Origin: Candidatus Thorarchaeota archaeon
GTDB taxonomy: Archaea; Asgardarchaeota; Thorarchaeia; Thorarchaeales; Thorarchaeaceae
NCBI GenBank assembly: GCA_046482545.1
Contig: JAWOEX010000022.1
Span: 32,001-96,000 of the forward strand
Direction of reading: 5' to 3'
Length of the DNA stretch: 64,000 nucleotides
Below are positions 1 to 10,242 of the stretch, piece by piece. Under the pieces are notes generated by a model that ran no database searches, was not told where the DNA came from, and was given only the letters and a program-made list of their open reading frames with translations. Positions within the stretch are counted from its first letter, which is position 1. Each line of letters begins with the position of its first letter. Position numbers and translations under genes: made by a program.

Positions 1-1270
1 GGCATAAGAAACAGCCAATTCGCTGATAGCCTCGTTTGTATAGTGGATTGAAAGGGACCCCTTCCTTGAAAAGAAAAAGCCAGACCTCGAGAGCATTCCA
101 ATCCTGAATTGGGTTTGCAGATTTCTGGCCAGGGACCCATGGATTTGAAGTCACTCGTGGCTCTCGAGAACGGCGGAAAGACTCAAGCTTGCGCTGACCC
201 ATGAAATTGAGTACATCACCTGAGAATTCTTGCTTAATCGTCTGAGCTGCAGGACCCAGCTTCACTATCTTGCAGCACCATCGATAATCCCTGGCGGGAG
301 GACCAAACTCCTCCATTGCATCCCAAAACTCATCGTCCATCTTCTCTCCTATCAGAGAGACACCTTCTTCCTGTACAAATTTTTCCACAAATTCTACGGT
401 TTCCGGAAGCTCAATCCCAGTATCAATGAAGAAGATAGGTGGTTTTTCACCCAACGCTTTCTTCACAACTAAATAAGTAGCAAGAGAATCTTTGCCACCA
501 CTAAAACCAACCACAACAGGTTTGTCTTCTTTTTCAACAACCCGTTTGACGAAGGACATTGCTTCGTCCTCGATTCTTTGTAAGTCCTGACTACTTGCTG
601 CTACCGCATCCTCCCAAGAGGCTTTTTTCGGATTGATATGAGGAGCAACAGGCTTAGCTGCTTCCCGCACCTTGATGGCATAACCTTTCTCTTGTTGATG
701 CATCTGTTCCCCACTCATCCGTGCTATTCCAGTCGCAACAACTAGACCCGACGGTTCAGTAACAAAAACTTCGTCACCAATATTAATTTCAGAATCGCAT
801 CCAGATACACCTGGCTGCATCAGATTGGCGCCATTCAAGAGAAAACGAACAACATCATCATCGCAACCCACCCATTTTAGATCACTTACTTGGGCTATTC
901 TTCGGCCGCCTTCAAGTGTTAGTAGGAATGTATACTGTTGCTTTGGTATATCATATCGTAGTCGGCCGATTACATATCCATCTACAGCAATCTCGAACAT
1001 CGCATCAAGAGAAGGGGCTTTGTTCATGACAATCGTTTTGTTGTCAGGCAAGATAGTTCTCCCAGTATTCTCTCCAAATTGGCGGTCCAACGCACTGCGT
1101 GCTAACCGCAAATGACCTTCCATAGCAGGGAAAGAATCACCAGGAGGTGAAATCTTCACATCTCTTGGTTTCTTACCGCACACGGCACAAGAAGTCTCTC
1201 GCGGTTTTGGTACATTGCATGTATCACACCAGAATAGGCGTATCTCGCCCAGATAGGGTGCGCCGCCCAG
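1..1270 (-). CDS. PUA-domain / phosphoadenosine phosphosulfate reductase family protein (3' end runs off the window)
   Basis: Not in the ORF track. Manual translation gives (L)GGAPYLGEIRLFWCDTCNVP...CAVCG, a PUA-like segment (NGANLMQPGV) and the PP-loop VVVGFSGGKDS. The in-frame TAG at 1274-1276 and SD GAGGTG point to a CTG start at 1270. Confidence 0.8.
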   Translation of the reverse strand, partial: MGGAPYLGEIRLFWCDTCNVPKPRETSCAVCGKKPRDVKISPPGDSFPAMEGHLRLARSALDRQFGENTGRTILPDNKTIVMNKAPSLDAMFEIAVDGYVIGRLRYDIPKQQYTFLLTLEGGRRIAQVSDLKWVGCDDDVVRFLLNGANLMQPGVSGCDSEINIGDEVFVTEPSGLVVATGIARMSGEQMHQQEKGYAIKVREAAKPVAPHINPKKASWEDAVAASSQDLQRIEDEAMSFVKRVVEKEDKPVVVGFSGGKDSLATYLVVKKALGEKPPIFFIDTGIELPETVEFVEKFVQEEGVSLIGEKMDDEFWDAMEEFGPPARDYRWCCKIVKLGPAAQTIKQEFSGDVLNFMGQRKLESFRRSREPRVTSNPWVPGQKSANPIQDWNALEVWLFLFKEGVPFNPLYKRGYQRIGCFLC

Positions 1271-1295
1271 AATCTACACCTCGATTAGCATGGAA

Positions 1296-1961
1296 CTAGT
1301 CACCATTTCTACTAATGATTTGAATGCCTCTGCTGGCGCCAATTCGTGTTGCACCGGCGTCAATCATGGCCTTTGCTTCATCATATGTGTGGATTCCACC
1401 AGCGGCCTTGATACCGACCTTACCGCCGATAGCATCACTCATGATTTCAATATCTACAACTGACGCTCCACGAGGGCCAAAACCGGTAGATGTCTTGACA
1501 AATGCAGCTCCAGCGCTCTCTGCCAGACAGCAAGCTGTTGTGATTTCATTCTTGGTGAGGAATCCAGTCTCCAGAATCACCTTTACGAGTTTCTTTCCCG
1601 AAGCTTCAACGACGGCAGCAATATCTTCTTCTACATGCTCTTTGTTTCCAGACTTCATCGCACCTATGTTCATGACCATATCTATTTCATCAGCGCCATT
1701 CTTTACTGCGCACTCAGCTTCAAACGCCTTGGCTTCTGTCACCATGGCGCCTAACGGAAAACCAACTACGCTGCAAACTTCCACGTCTGTTTCAGCAAGC
1801 TCCTCAGAAGCAAGTAATACGTTGCAGCTATTCACACATACAGCCCCAAATCCGTGATTTATCGCTTCTTGGCATAAATCCCTTATTCGGTCAGGTGTAG
1901 CATCGGGTTTCAGCTCTGTATGATCTATCATTTGGGCTAGTTTACCGGATGTGAGGGGCAT
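1296..1961 (-). CDS. deoC: deoxyribose-phosphate aldolase
   Basis: IDHTELKP, VVGFPLG, GADEIDMV, KVILET, FVKTSTGF and KAAGGI motifs. Confidence 0.97.
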   Translation of the reverse strand: MPLTSGKLAQMIDHTELKPDATPDRIRDLCQEAINHGFGAVCVNSCNVLLASEELAETDVEVCSVVGFPLGAMVTEAKAFEAECAVKNGADEIDMVMNIGAMKSGNKEHVEEDIAAVVEASGKKLVKVILETGFLTKNEITTACCLAESAGAAFVKTSTGFGPRGASVVDIEIMSDAIGGKVGIKAAGGIHTYDEAKAMIDAGATRIGASRGIQIISRNGD

Positions 1962-2025
1962 AGGTATAACTCCGGTCAGGAAGTTGACTGGTCAACGCTA
2001 TTAATATCTTCGAAAAGGACTATGC

Positions 2026-2361
2026 TTAGCTGCCGCCAAGATATGCCTTGATATCATCAAGGACTTCCTTCTGCAGACGTATGACATCATGCACTTCGAT
2101 TTCCTCGGCTTCGTTAACAACGCTGTTTAGCTGAACCACAGTACCCACTTCTGCTATTTTTTCAAAATCAACGGGAAATTCCACTTCTGCACCTTTCACA
2201 ATAAGCTCTGAGCGAGTGGGATGAAGTGAGATGCGTATACTTCGTACAATGCCAATTCGCCTAGCCCTACTATCAAGCACTTCTTTCCCCAGTAAACGGC
2301 CGGGCATACTGAGTTCATAGAGTTCTGCCTCTATACTTGGCTTTGTCTCGCCTTCGGTCAT
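2026..2361 (-). CDS. PRC-barrel domain protein
   Basis: LLGKEVLDSRARRIGIV...VDFEKIAEVGTVVQL is the PRC-barrel pattern. Start moved to the ATG of MTEGETK. Confidence 0.75.
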   Translation of the reverse strand: MTEGETKPSIEAELYELSMPGRLLGKEVLDSRARRIGIVRSIRISLHPTRSELIVKGAEVEFPVDFEKIAEVGTVVQLNSVVNEAEEIEVHDVIRLQKEVLDDIKAYLGGS

Positions 2362-2476
2362 ATAATCGCAGCTCCATAAGGTGCAAGGAAGAGATGAAGT
2401 AATAGGCTTTTTACAGTATGTATTACTGGTGGATAGTGTGGCAAGAACCGTGGCAAGAACGGAGTCGTTTGTCAAA

Positions 2477-4768
2477 ATGAATCTGATAAAACCGGGAAGT
2501 ATAGAACACCGAGATTATCAGGTGAATCTAGCAGAAGCGTCATCCAAAGAGAGTACAATGGTAGTACTCAGCACGGGCTTGGGGAAGACCATTATTGCCG
2601 CGCTATTGGCTGCGAAGAGATTGACCAAGTATCCTGACTCCAAGGTGCTTTTTCTGGCGCCATCACGGCCATTAGCCAACCAGCATGCTAGGTTCTTGAA
2701 ACAGGTTCTTGCAATCGATAGTGATTCCATCGTATGTATGACCGGTGATGATCCACCCAGTGAGCGGCCTTCAATCTGGAAAAGATCCAGAGTCGTAGTT
2801 ATGACACCTCAAGCTTTGCAAAATGATTTGATACAGAATAGCTACGACCTTAACAATGTGTCCCTTGTGATATATGACGAAGCACATAGGGGAGTAGGAA
2901 ACTACGCATATACTTTCGTTGCAGAATTATATGAAAAGCAAGCAGAACACCCCCTCGCATTGGGGCTAACTGCATCACCAGGGCACAAACCCGAACATAT
3001 ACGTGAGGTATGTGAGAATCTTAATCTTACCAAAATCGAAGTCCGAGACGAAGCGAGTCCTGATGTGAAAGATTATGTTGTATCTGTGGATACGGATATC
3101 CGGTATGTTCGCTTACCAGCAGAAATCGAAGTTCTGAGAGATATACTCTATGACCTACTTGACGACTATGGACGCCCCATTAAACGATACGGCTACTCTC
3201 TCTCTAGCAGCAGACGTATGAGCAGAAGCGAAATCCTTGAAGTGCAAAGAGAAGTCCGTAAAGAAATCGGCTCGTATACAAAGCCACCAAGGCATCTTTT
3301 CTTGATAATGAGAAACTTAACCGCTGCAATCCGAATCGTTCAACTACTCGAGTTTGTGGGTACACAGGGACTTACGCCAACACTGCGCTACGTGCAGAAT
3401 ATGTATGAAGAAGTCCGTAACAAGAAGAGCTCCAAGGGGCTGCAGAATCTTTTATCCCGTTCGGAGTTTAATCAGTTCAACAATCTACTTGAAGCATTAA
3501 TCGCAAAAGGACACCGTCATCCAAAAGCGGATGCTCTGCTTGAGATTATTAGTGAACAATTATCAGTTGATGAGGATTCTAGAATACTCGTCTTCACTCG
3601 ATATCGTGACACCGCTGCGGAGGTTGTAGATACAATAGAGCAGCTAGATGAAGTGCGAGCCAGCAAGTTTGTTGGGCAGAGCTCTAGGGGCTCCGATAAG
3701 GGGTTCACCCAGAAGAAACAGTTGCACGTGCTGGAAGGGTTCAGAAACAACGAGTTCAATGTGCTTGTGGCAACACAGGTTGGCGAAGAGGGACTAGATA
3801 TACCGGAGTGCAACCTTGTAGTGTTCTATGATTGTGTTCCGTCAATTGTGCCCTATATCCAAAGAAAAGGACGGACGGGTAGAAGATATCCGGGCCAAGT
3901 AATCATATTCGTGGCAAAGGATACACATGATGAATTCTACCATTGGAGCGTGAAGAAAAAACTCGAGAAAATGCCGTCAGCCCTAGAGAAGGCGGAAAAT
4001 GATAGCCAGACAAGTCTCGAGGATTTTGTACCTGAAGTAAAATCGACAGAAAATGAGAAGCCGAGTAGCCCACTCATGAAAAACATAGAGGATAGCATCA
4101 AGATGATAGTGGACTCTCGAGAACTACCAACAGCAGTTGCTAGAGAATTGGCCAGACTTGATGTAGTCATATCAGGAGAGAGTCTAGAAATTGGTGATTA
4201 TGTAGCGTCAGAAAATGTTGCCGTTGAAAGGAAGGAGGCAAATGATTTCATAGAGTCCATGATAGACGGACGACTCTTCTCACAGCTCATCGACTTGAAG
4301 TCAACGTATCGAAGGCCCGTGCTTATCATCGAAGGTGAGCAGATAATCGGATTGAGGGCGGTCAATCCAGCATCTATCTACGGAGCCCTTGCCTCTATTG
4401 CAATACGGATTGGGATTCCCATAATCTGGACGCGGAATGAGGAGGAAACTGCAAACGTCCTCTATCGTATCGCGTATCTAGAACAGGAGAAAGAAAAGAA
4501 ACCAATTAGAACAAGACCAAGTGAGCCCAAAGGTCGTGACGCCGATGTACTCGAATATATCCTCTCAGGCTTTCCTGGCATTGATACTGTAATTTCAAGA
4601 GCTATTCTCACTAAGTTTGGAACCCTAGAGAAAGTCTTCGAAGCAGAAAAAGGGGAACTACAAAGCGTGAATGGTGTCGGTCCGAAGAAGGCTGGGAGGC
4701 TCCGGAGATTACTACGTACGAAACATCCATTCTATACTGGAGAAAAAGAAGAGGGAAAAGGAGACTAG
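2477..4768 (+). CDS. hef: Hef/FANCM-like DEAH helicase with ERCC4 (XPF) nuclease and HhH domains
   Basis: TGLGKT, DEAH, TAS and QRKGRTGR helicase motifs; VDSRE, GDY and ERKxxND nuclease motifs; C-terminal HhH (GVGPKKA). PIP-like QTSLEDF in the linker. Confidence 0.95.
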   Translation: MNLIKPGSIEHRDYQVNLAEASSKESTMVVLSTGLGKTIIAALLAAKRLTKYPDSKVLFLAPSRPLANQHARFLKQVLAIDSDSIVCMTGDDPPSERPSIWKRSRVVVMTPQALQNDLIQNSYDLNNVSLVIYDEAHRGVGNYAYTFVAELYEKQAEHPLALGLTASPGHKPEHIREVCENLNLTKIEVRDEASPDVKDYVVSVDTDIRYVRLPAEIEVLRDILYDLLDDYGRPIKRYGYSLSSSRRMSRSEILEVQREVRKEIGSYTKPPRHLFLIMRNLTAAIRIVQLLEFVGTQGLTPTLRYVQNMYEEVRNKKSSKGLQNLLSRSEFNQFNNLLEALIAKGHRHPKADALLEIISEQLSVDEDSRILVFTRYRDTAAEVVDTIEQLDEVRASKFVGQSSRGSDKGFTQKKQLHVLEGFRNNEFNVLVATQVGEEGLDIPECNLVVFYDCVPSIVPYIQRKGRTGRRYPGQVIIFVAKDTHDEFYHWSVKKKLEKMPSALEKAENDSQTSLEDFVPEVKSTENEKPSSPLMKNIEDSIKMIVDSRELPTAVARELARLDVVISGESLEIGDYVASENVAVERKEANDFIESMIDGRLFSQLIDLKSTYRRPVLIIEGEQIIGLRAVNPASIYGALASIAIRIGIPIIWTRNEEETANVLYRIAYLEQEKEKKPIRTRPSEPKGRDADVLEYILSGFPGIDTVISRAILTKFGTLEKVFEAEKGELQSVNGVGPKKAGRLRRLLRTKHPFYTGEKEEGKGD

Positions 4769-4772
4769 GTTT

Positions 4773-5468
4773 CTAGTAGACCTCAGGGTTCTTACCCTTA
4801 CCGTTTCTGTAAGCCTTTCTCAGCCTATCAGTTACATGACGGCTTACTTCCCAGTAACGCTCATATTCCCCATCACTCAGATGGAGTATACTGAGTATCC
4901 TACGCAAAGATACGTAGACATTGGGATCAAGACTACCGATATTCTTAAGGTCTTTTGCTGCTTCGTTGCGACACTTCCGCCAAAGTCTGTCCCATTCAAC
5001 GAAGAGCTCTGCTAGTTTTGCAAGCTCATCCTCGTTTTCGGGAATCTTAAAACCAATCTCCTTGAGAGGGCGGATTATGTTTCTTGCCTTGGCAACCTCG
5101 TATGCTCCGCGTTCAGGAAAGTCCTCGATAGTTGTAGCTGCAATGAATATGTGCTCAGCAACAGCACGCCAGACTTTCTTCAATATGTGACTGTTCCCGT
5201 TGCCCGCATGAGCATAACCATCAAGTTCAACGAGATTGCTTTCCTGTAGTTTCTTCAGGTGATATCGTACAGTCTGCGGCTTAATTGAGTTCTCTGGATC
5301 GTCTTTTGATAGAAAGTCGACCAGTTCTGTTGTGCTCATTTTCTTGGCTTTCAGAGCATTCAATATCCGCCGTCGGGTATCATCATTCAATGCGTGGACA
5401 GCTGAAATTGCTTCATCACTAGTTAAGATTTTTAGAGCTTCCAATCCGAACCGCGTCCCCGAACTCAA
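4773..5468 (-). CDS. ArsR-like winged-helix transcriptional regulator
   Basis: ALNDDTRRRILNAL...STTEL...QTVRYHLKKL wHTH pattern with a helical C-terminal domain. Confidence 0.8.
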   Translation of the reverse strand: MSSGTRFGLEALKILTSDEAISAVHALNDDTRRRILNALKAKKMSTTELVDFLSKDDPENSIKPQTVRYHLKKLQESNLVELDGYAHAGNGNSHILKKVWRAVAEHIFIAATTIEDFPERGAYEVAKARNIIRPLKEIGFKIPENEDELAKLAELFVEWDRLWRKCRNEAAKDLKNIGSLDPNVYVSLRRILSILHLSDGEYERYWEVSRHVTDRLRKAYRNGKGKNPEVY

Positions 5469-5604
5469 TGTGTATTTCTCCTAATGGAAATTAAGCTTTC
5501 AGAAATGCTCATCCTCACGATGACAGAAGGGTTATCCCCCTGCCATTTACGGCGCTCATTGAAATCAATACCCTTGAATATTGTCAAGGGATTAGGTACA
5601 TACC

Positions 5605-5862
5605 TTACGCAGGCACGTATATCCATTGCCGCATATCTTGTAGACAGGGCACTCTCTTGATTAGGTCTTTCTTGAGCAGCTTCCGGAGAGCGTATCGTAC
5701 AGTCCGTGGAGCAAAGGATACTTTATCCAGCAGCTGTTTTGGAGTTACACCATCTTTACCACTACTGCGAAGAATGTCGAGAACAATCTTCTGGCTCTTA
5801 GTGAGCTTGAGATCTTTCAACTCTTCTTGCAATTCCTCGTCGGTCATCATTTTTTGGTTCAC
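5605..5862 (-). CDS. small winged-helix (MarR/TrmB-like) DNA-binding protein
   Basis: LTKSQKIVLDIL...PRTVRYALRKL...DMRQWIY wHTH signature. Confidence 0.8.
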   Translation of the reverse strand: MNQKMMTDEELQEELKDLKLTKSQKIVLDILRSSGKDGVTPKQLLDKVSFAPRTVRYALRKLLKKDLIKRVPCLQDMRQWIYVPA

Positions 5863-6089
5863 CTACTTCTCATTATCTCAATATACCAGACTGAAATTAT
5901 CATTCCCAGTGGTACATCACATGACATTATTGTTACAATTACCCTTATTAATGTATCGCAGTTTTGTTTACTGTATCGCGGTCTGAGACTGCGGTAAGAT
6001 GGACGTGTACATACATGGAATGGAGAATTGCAGCTCCCGTACTGCGCCAAAATATATAGTATGGTGAAACATCGAATGCATGAATAGCA

Positions 6090-7370
6090 ATGAAGAAAGC
6101 TGCAATACTCGCTGCTGGCGACTCAACCCGGATGATGCCTCTCTCAGCAAATGTTCCAAAACACCTTCTTCCTATAGCCGGGAAGCCATTACTGTTTCAT
6201 ACATTAGAACAGCTAAAGGCTGCCGGAATTGAAGAGTGTCTCATAATATATGGATACCACGGTGAGGAACTGAAACACGCAGTAGAATCACATGATTGGG
6301 GCATAATGAATGTCGAGTTTACTTACCAGAAAGAACGCAAAGGAACAGCTCATGCAGCTTCCTATGCTCGCGAGTTCGCCAACTCAGATGAGATTCTACT
6401 CATGTATGGTGACGTGATGGTAGGTCCTGATACATTCCGGAGTTTCATTGAGTTTCATGAAGATGGGGAATATGAGGCTACAATGTCTGCATACGAAGTT
6501 GATAATCCTTCTGCTTATGGGGTCATTCAAATGGAGGGGGGGTTGGTAAGCAGTATCATAGAAAAGCCAGATTCAGACAATGCGGGAAACCTCGCTAATG
6601 CGGGTATCTATGTTGTGGGAAGTAGTTTATGGGACGCGATAAACCAGACGAAGGAATCAGCAAGAGGCGAATATGAGATTACAGATTCAATTGAGCGTAT
6701 AGCAGAAGAGGGAAGGGTTGCTGGATTCAAGCTTCCATCGTGGTGGGTAGATATTGGCAAGCCATGGGATATTCTAGAAGCAAACAAATTGGTTCTTCAA
6801 TCATATGAACGGAGAATCGATGGTACTATCGAAGAGGGTGCACAAGTGAAGGGTGAAGTTGTTGTGGATAGGGGAGCAAAGATTCTGAGTGGTGCATATA
6901 TTATAGGGCCAGTTTATGTGGGGGAGGGGGCAAAAATAGGGCCTAATTGCTATATTAGACCGTACACATCACTCGGTCGAGATGTTAGAATTGGGAATGC
7001 AGTAGAAATCAAGAACAGCGTGATAATGGATCATACAAATGTCGGTCACCTTTCCTATGTAGGGGATTCAGTGATTGGACATAATACGAATCTGGGAGCC
7101 GGTACTATCACAGCCAATCTCAGACATGATGATGCAGATATAATGGTCACAGTGAAGGGGGAGAGAAGAAGCTCTAGAAGGCGAAAGCTTGGTTCTATCT
7201 TAGCAGATAATGTAAAGACAGGGATAGGAACCTGTCTGGGTCCGGGTGTCGTTGTTGGTACAGGAGGAAAAACTGGTATGGGAGTAATTGTTGATAGGGA
7301 TATAGAGGATAACACATTGGTTATAGCTGAGCAACCAACAAACCGCAGAAAAATGAGTGGCAACGAATGA
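6090..7370 (+). CDS. glmU: bifunctional sugar-1-phosphate nucleotidylyltransferase/acetyltransferase (archaeal GlmU-like)
   Basis: AAILAAG..TRM.PL...PK, EKP and ESARGEYEITD, followed by a hexapeptide beta-helix with HLSYVGDS. Confidence 0.9.
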   Translation: MKKAAILAAGDSTRMMPLSANVPKHLLPIAGKPLLFHTLEQLKAAGIEECLIIYGYHGEELKHAVESHDWGIMNVEFTYQKERKGTAHAASYAREFANSDEILLMYGDVMVGPDTFRSFIEFHEDGEYEATMSAYEVDNPSAYGVIQMEGGLVSSIIEKPDSDNAGNLANAGIYVVGSSLWDAINQTKESARGEYEITDSIERIAEEGRVAGFKLPSWWVDIGKPWDILEANKLVLQSYERRIDGTIEEGAQVKGEVVVDRGAKILSGAYIIGPVYVGEGAKIGPNCYIRPYTSLGRDVRIGNAVEIKNSVIMDHTNVGHLSYVGDSVIGHNTNLGAGTITANLRHDDADIMVTVKGERRSSRRRKLGSILADNVKTGIGTCLGPGVVVGTGGKTGMGVIVDRDIEDNTLVIAEQPTNRRKMSGNE

Positions 7371-8893
7371 CGCATATGGATTTCACTGAGCTGAATGTAA
7401 TTAGGAAAAATGCTCAGAAAGTGGATGTACTGTTCGGCTATTGTTATCCTTCCACCTATAGAACCGGGATGACTAGTCTGTCAACACATTTATTCTACAC
7501 TATACTTAACGCGCGAAAGGATACATCTTGTGAGAGATACTTCCGATATGATGTACCATCCCCCGCGGCCTCACTTGAAAGCGGCAGACCGTTAAAAGAG
7601 AATCATATAGTAGGTTTTTCGCTTACTTATGAGCAAAACATCACGGCTATTCTGGAAATGTTAGCCTATGGAGATATTCCATTACTTGCCAAGAATAGAA
7701 GGGAAAAAGACCCACTCGTTCTCCTAGGTGGTGCCGTTGTTACTTCAAATCCCGAGCCATACCGCAATTTTACAGACGCCTTTGTACTGGGTGAAGGCGA
7801 CCAAGTAATCCATGATATAATTGAAGCCGTTCCAAATGCCACCTCCCGAAACGAAGCTATCGATAATCTTGCAGATATAGAAGGCGTATATGTGCCTAGT
7901 TCCGCTCCATCAGAGGTCAGAAGAATACAGGTTGATAATCTTGATAGCCTATCCTATCCACAAGCACAGATTATACCAAATGTGACTGATGGCTCCAAAT
8001 ATGAACCGGTATTCGGAAAGGCCTTCCTTCTGGAGACTTCACGGGGGTGTGGTCATGCCTGTGGGTTCTGTCTGATTGGGCACTTATGTAGGCCTAGACG
8101 CACCCGTTCACTAAGAGCACTCAAGAATCTAGTGGAAAAAGGTCTGCACAAGACACCAGTTCGAAAGGTTGCTCTCATAGCATCTTCACTGGGAGACCGA
8201 GATAATGTAGAAGAATTAACCTCATGGATTGTAAAACAAGGGTTGAGTCTATCTGTCCCTTCTCTTCGAGCTGATAGTGTCACTCCGGATTTGCTTTCAG
8301 CAATTGTGGCGGGAGGGCAGCGTACACTTACGATTGCACCCGAAACGGGATCAGAAGAGCTCAGACAACAGATTGGAAAAGGTCTTACGGATGAAGACAT
8401 ATTCAGGGCCGTTTCACTGGCCGAGAAAGCTGGATTCACTTCAGTTAAACTCTATTTTATCATAGGATTGCCTCACGAAACAGCCAAGGACATTAAAGAT
8501 ATTATTCAACTTGTCAAGAAATTGGCAAAGCAATCACAAGTTGAAATCAAAGTAAATGTTAATCCATTTGTGCCGAAGGCCGGAACAGGGTTTCAGCGCT
8601 ATCCTCAGCCCCCTCTCGATATACTCCGAAGAAAGACAAAAGAAATAGGCGATGGACTCAACCAAGTTCCAAATGTGAGATGCACCGCACTTGATGCGAG
8701 GGAAGCACGCATACAGGCTGCCCTATCCTTGGGCGATAGCAGGATTTCAGAGGTCATCCGGCTTGCCACCCGATATGGGGGTTATGGGGGATGGAGAAGG
8801 GCTGAAACAGAAACCGGGATTGAGTTTTTCTCCATAGCCAATAGTGCAGAGCGTCTCAAAGGAGAATTGCCGTGGTCCTTCATTATGCCCTAA
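7367..8893 (+). CDS. radical SAM protein (B12-binding/radical SAM type)
   Basis: ETSRGCGHACGFC (CX3CX2C), SLRAD, TIAPETGS, KLYFIIGLP. Confidence 0.85.
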   Translation: MTHMDFTELNVIRKNAQKVDVLFGYCYPSTYRTGMTSLSTHLFYTILNARKDTSCERYFRYDVPSPAASLESGRPLKENHIVGFSLTYEQNITAILEMLAYGDIPLLAKNRREKDPLVLLGGAVVTSNPEPYRNFTDAFVLGEGDQVIHDIIEAVPNATSRNEAIDNLADIEGVYVPSSAPSEVRRIQVDNLDSLSYPQAQIIPNVTDGSKYEPVFGKAFLLETSRGCGHACGFCLIGHLCRPRRTRSLRALKNLVEKGLHKTPVRKVALIASSLGDRDNVEELTSWIVKQGLSLSVPSLRADSVTPDLLSAIVAGGQRTLTIAPETGSEELRQQIGKGLTDEDIFRAVSLAEKAGFTSVKLYFIIGLPHETAKDIKDIIQLVKKLAKQSQVEIKVNVNPFVPKAGTGFQRYPQPPLDILRRKTKEIGDGLNQVPNVRCTALDAREARIQAALSLGDSRISEVIRLATRYGGYGGWRRAETETGIEFFSIANSAERLKGELPWSFIMP

Positions 8894-8989
8894 GACAGGT
8901 GGAAGCACTGTGTCAGCATATGGATTATAAGTCCACTAACACAGTCTAATACGAGTTACGCCATCGTGAAGAAATATCGGTGATAAATC

Positions 8990-9328
8990 ATGTCACACAA
9001 GGATGAATTTGCTGAGAACTATCCTGCGCTTGACAAAGAACTGAAGAGCGGCAATACAAAAAAGATGAAAATCGATGGTGTTAGAAGACAACCACGCCAA
9101 GAGGGACGAAAAAGGGAACAGACATTTCTACCAGATGTGGCGGATTATATACGTAGGTGCGACACTATTGAGGAGGCATTCGAAATTGTCGATTATATGC
9201 TCAAACGTGGTAAAATCGATAAAGTAGAAGCCCAAGAAATTAAGGAAATTGTTAAGCAAGAGGGGTTACGCGTTTTTGGTGAGAAGAAGGAAGAGGGGCA
9301 CTACCTACATCACGGTATAGATAGCTAA
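8990..9328 (+). CDS. DUF2095 family protein
   Basis: YPAL..EL, PDVADYIRRCDT.EEA.EIVDY and GLR.FG.KKE.G.Y match this archaeal family. Confidence 0.75.
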   Translation: MSHKDEFAENYPALDKELKSGNTKKMKIDGVRRQPRQEGRKREQTFLPDVADYIRRCDTIEEAFEIVDYMLKRGKIDKVEAQEIKEIVKQEGLRVFGEKKEEGHYLHHGIDS

Positions 9329-9698
9329 TACTTCACAATATGAGCAAAGGTAGACGGGCACTCCTGCAGTAGAATGAGTGCATTTGAAGTACAATTATTT
9401 CTGTCCGTGGGAATAGTTGTTTACTATATTCTAGAGATTTTTGGATAAGATAATAGAAACTCAATAGCAGAAGGGTTGATTATGACCATTAGAGAAGTAA
9501 AGAAATCAGAAGATGGATACATCTTGGAAAAACACGGTGGTTCTTTGCAGACAAACTCATACAGAAACTATGCGACTGGATTGGTTCGTACATGCCTCGT
9601 TTCTTGGCCATATCAGAAACCGCCTCAATCTGGGATAGCGACTCTTTGTCGTCCTAGTTGTGGTGTTGCTTTAGGAGTTGGAAACTACCAATATGAAA

Positions 9699-10208
9699 TC
9701 AAATCCATGGTACAGCATGAATGAATGCAAGAATTGATGCTATCATGAACCCACGTATGAGAAGCGAATGACCCTTCGATTTGAGATCAGGTGAGCTTGG
9801 TGTAAAATAGAGAATTGCGCCAGTAAGAATAGCAATTGCAGCTATTATCTCCACAAATATCACCAGAAGCGATACTAGTTGCAGATAAGTCAAACCCAAT
9901 GTGTTGTACCATACGGATTCAGCATCATGTTGTGTTGCTGGGGTTACATTACAGAAATCCGCTATTGCATCTACTACGTACGGGCCAGTGAAGTAAGACC
10001 CTATTCCAAAGCAAACCAAGGACTTTGACAAGGTGTCACTAAGTCCGGTCGCAAAAATCATTAAGCCCAACAGAACGAGGAGAAGATACCCTCTAGTTGA
10101 CAGGGCCAGAATAAGATTCAGAAGCCAGTTCATGCTTTCGAACCACTGCGTTGGTGGATCAAAATCAAAAGGGAATTGTAGTAAAGAGAAGGCGAACATA
10201 CAGCTCAC
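9699..10208 (-). CDS. membrane protein with about 4 TM helices, paralogous to 51880-52128
   Basis: Four hydrophobic segments. The C-terminal LTGAILYFT...KGHSL matches LTGAILWFT...RGKGL in the paralog. Confidence 0.65.
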   Translation of the reverse strand: MSCMFAFSLLQFPFDFDPPTQWFESMNWLLNLILALSTRGYLLLVLLGLMIFATGLSDTLSKSLVCFGIGSYFTGPYVVDAIADFCNVTPATQHDAESVWYNTLGLTYLQLVSLLVIFVEIIAAIAILTGAILYFTPSSPDLKSKGHSLLIRGFMIASILAFIHAVPWI

Positions 10209-10242
10209 GAGAAGCTATCCGTAAAGAAAGATATAATGGGCC

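Noticed and set aside
2438-2460. Tandem gtggcaagaac x2 upstream of hef
   Set aside because: Only two units, most likely a slippage duplication, and not a CRISPR array or iteron.
9476-9724. 82-aa plus-strand ORF between DUF2095 and the membrane protein
   Set aside because: No recognisable motif, and it overlaps the convergent gene, so it cannot be supported.
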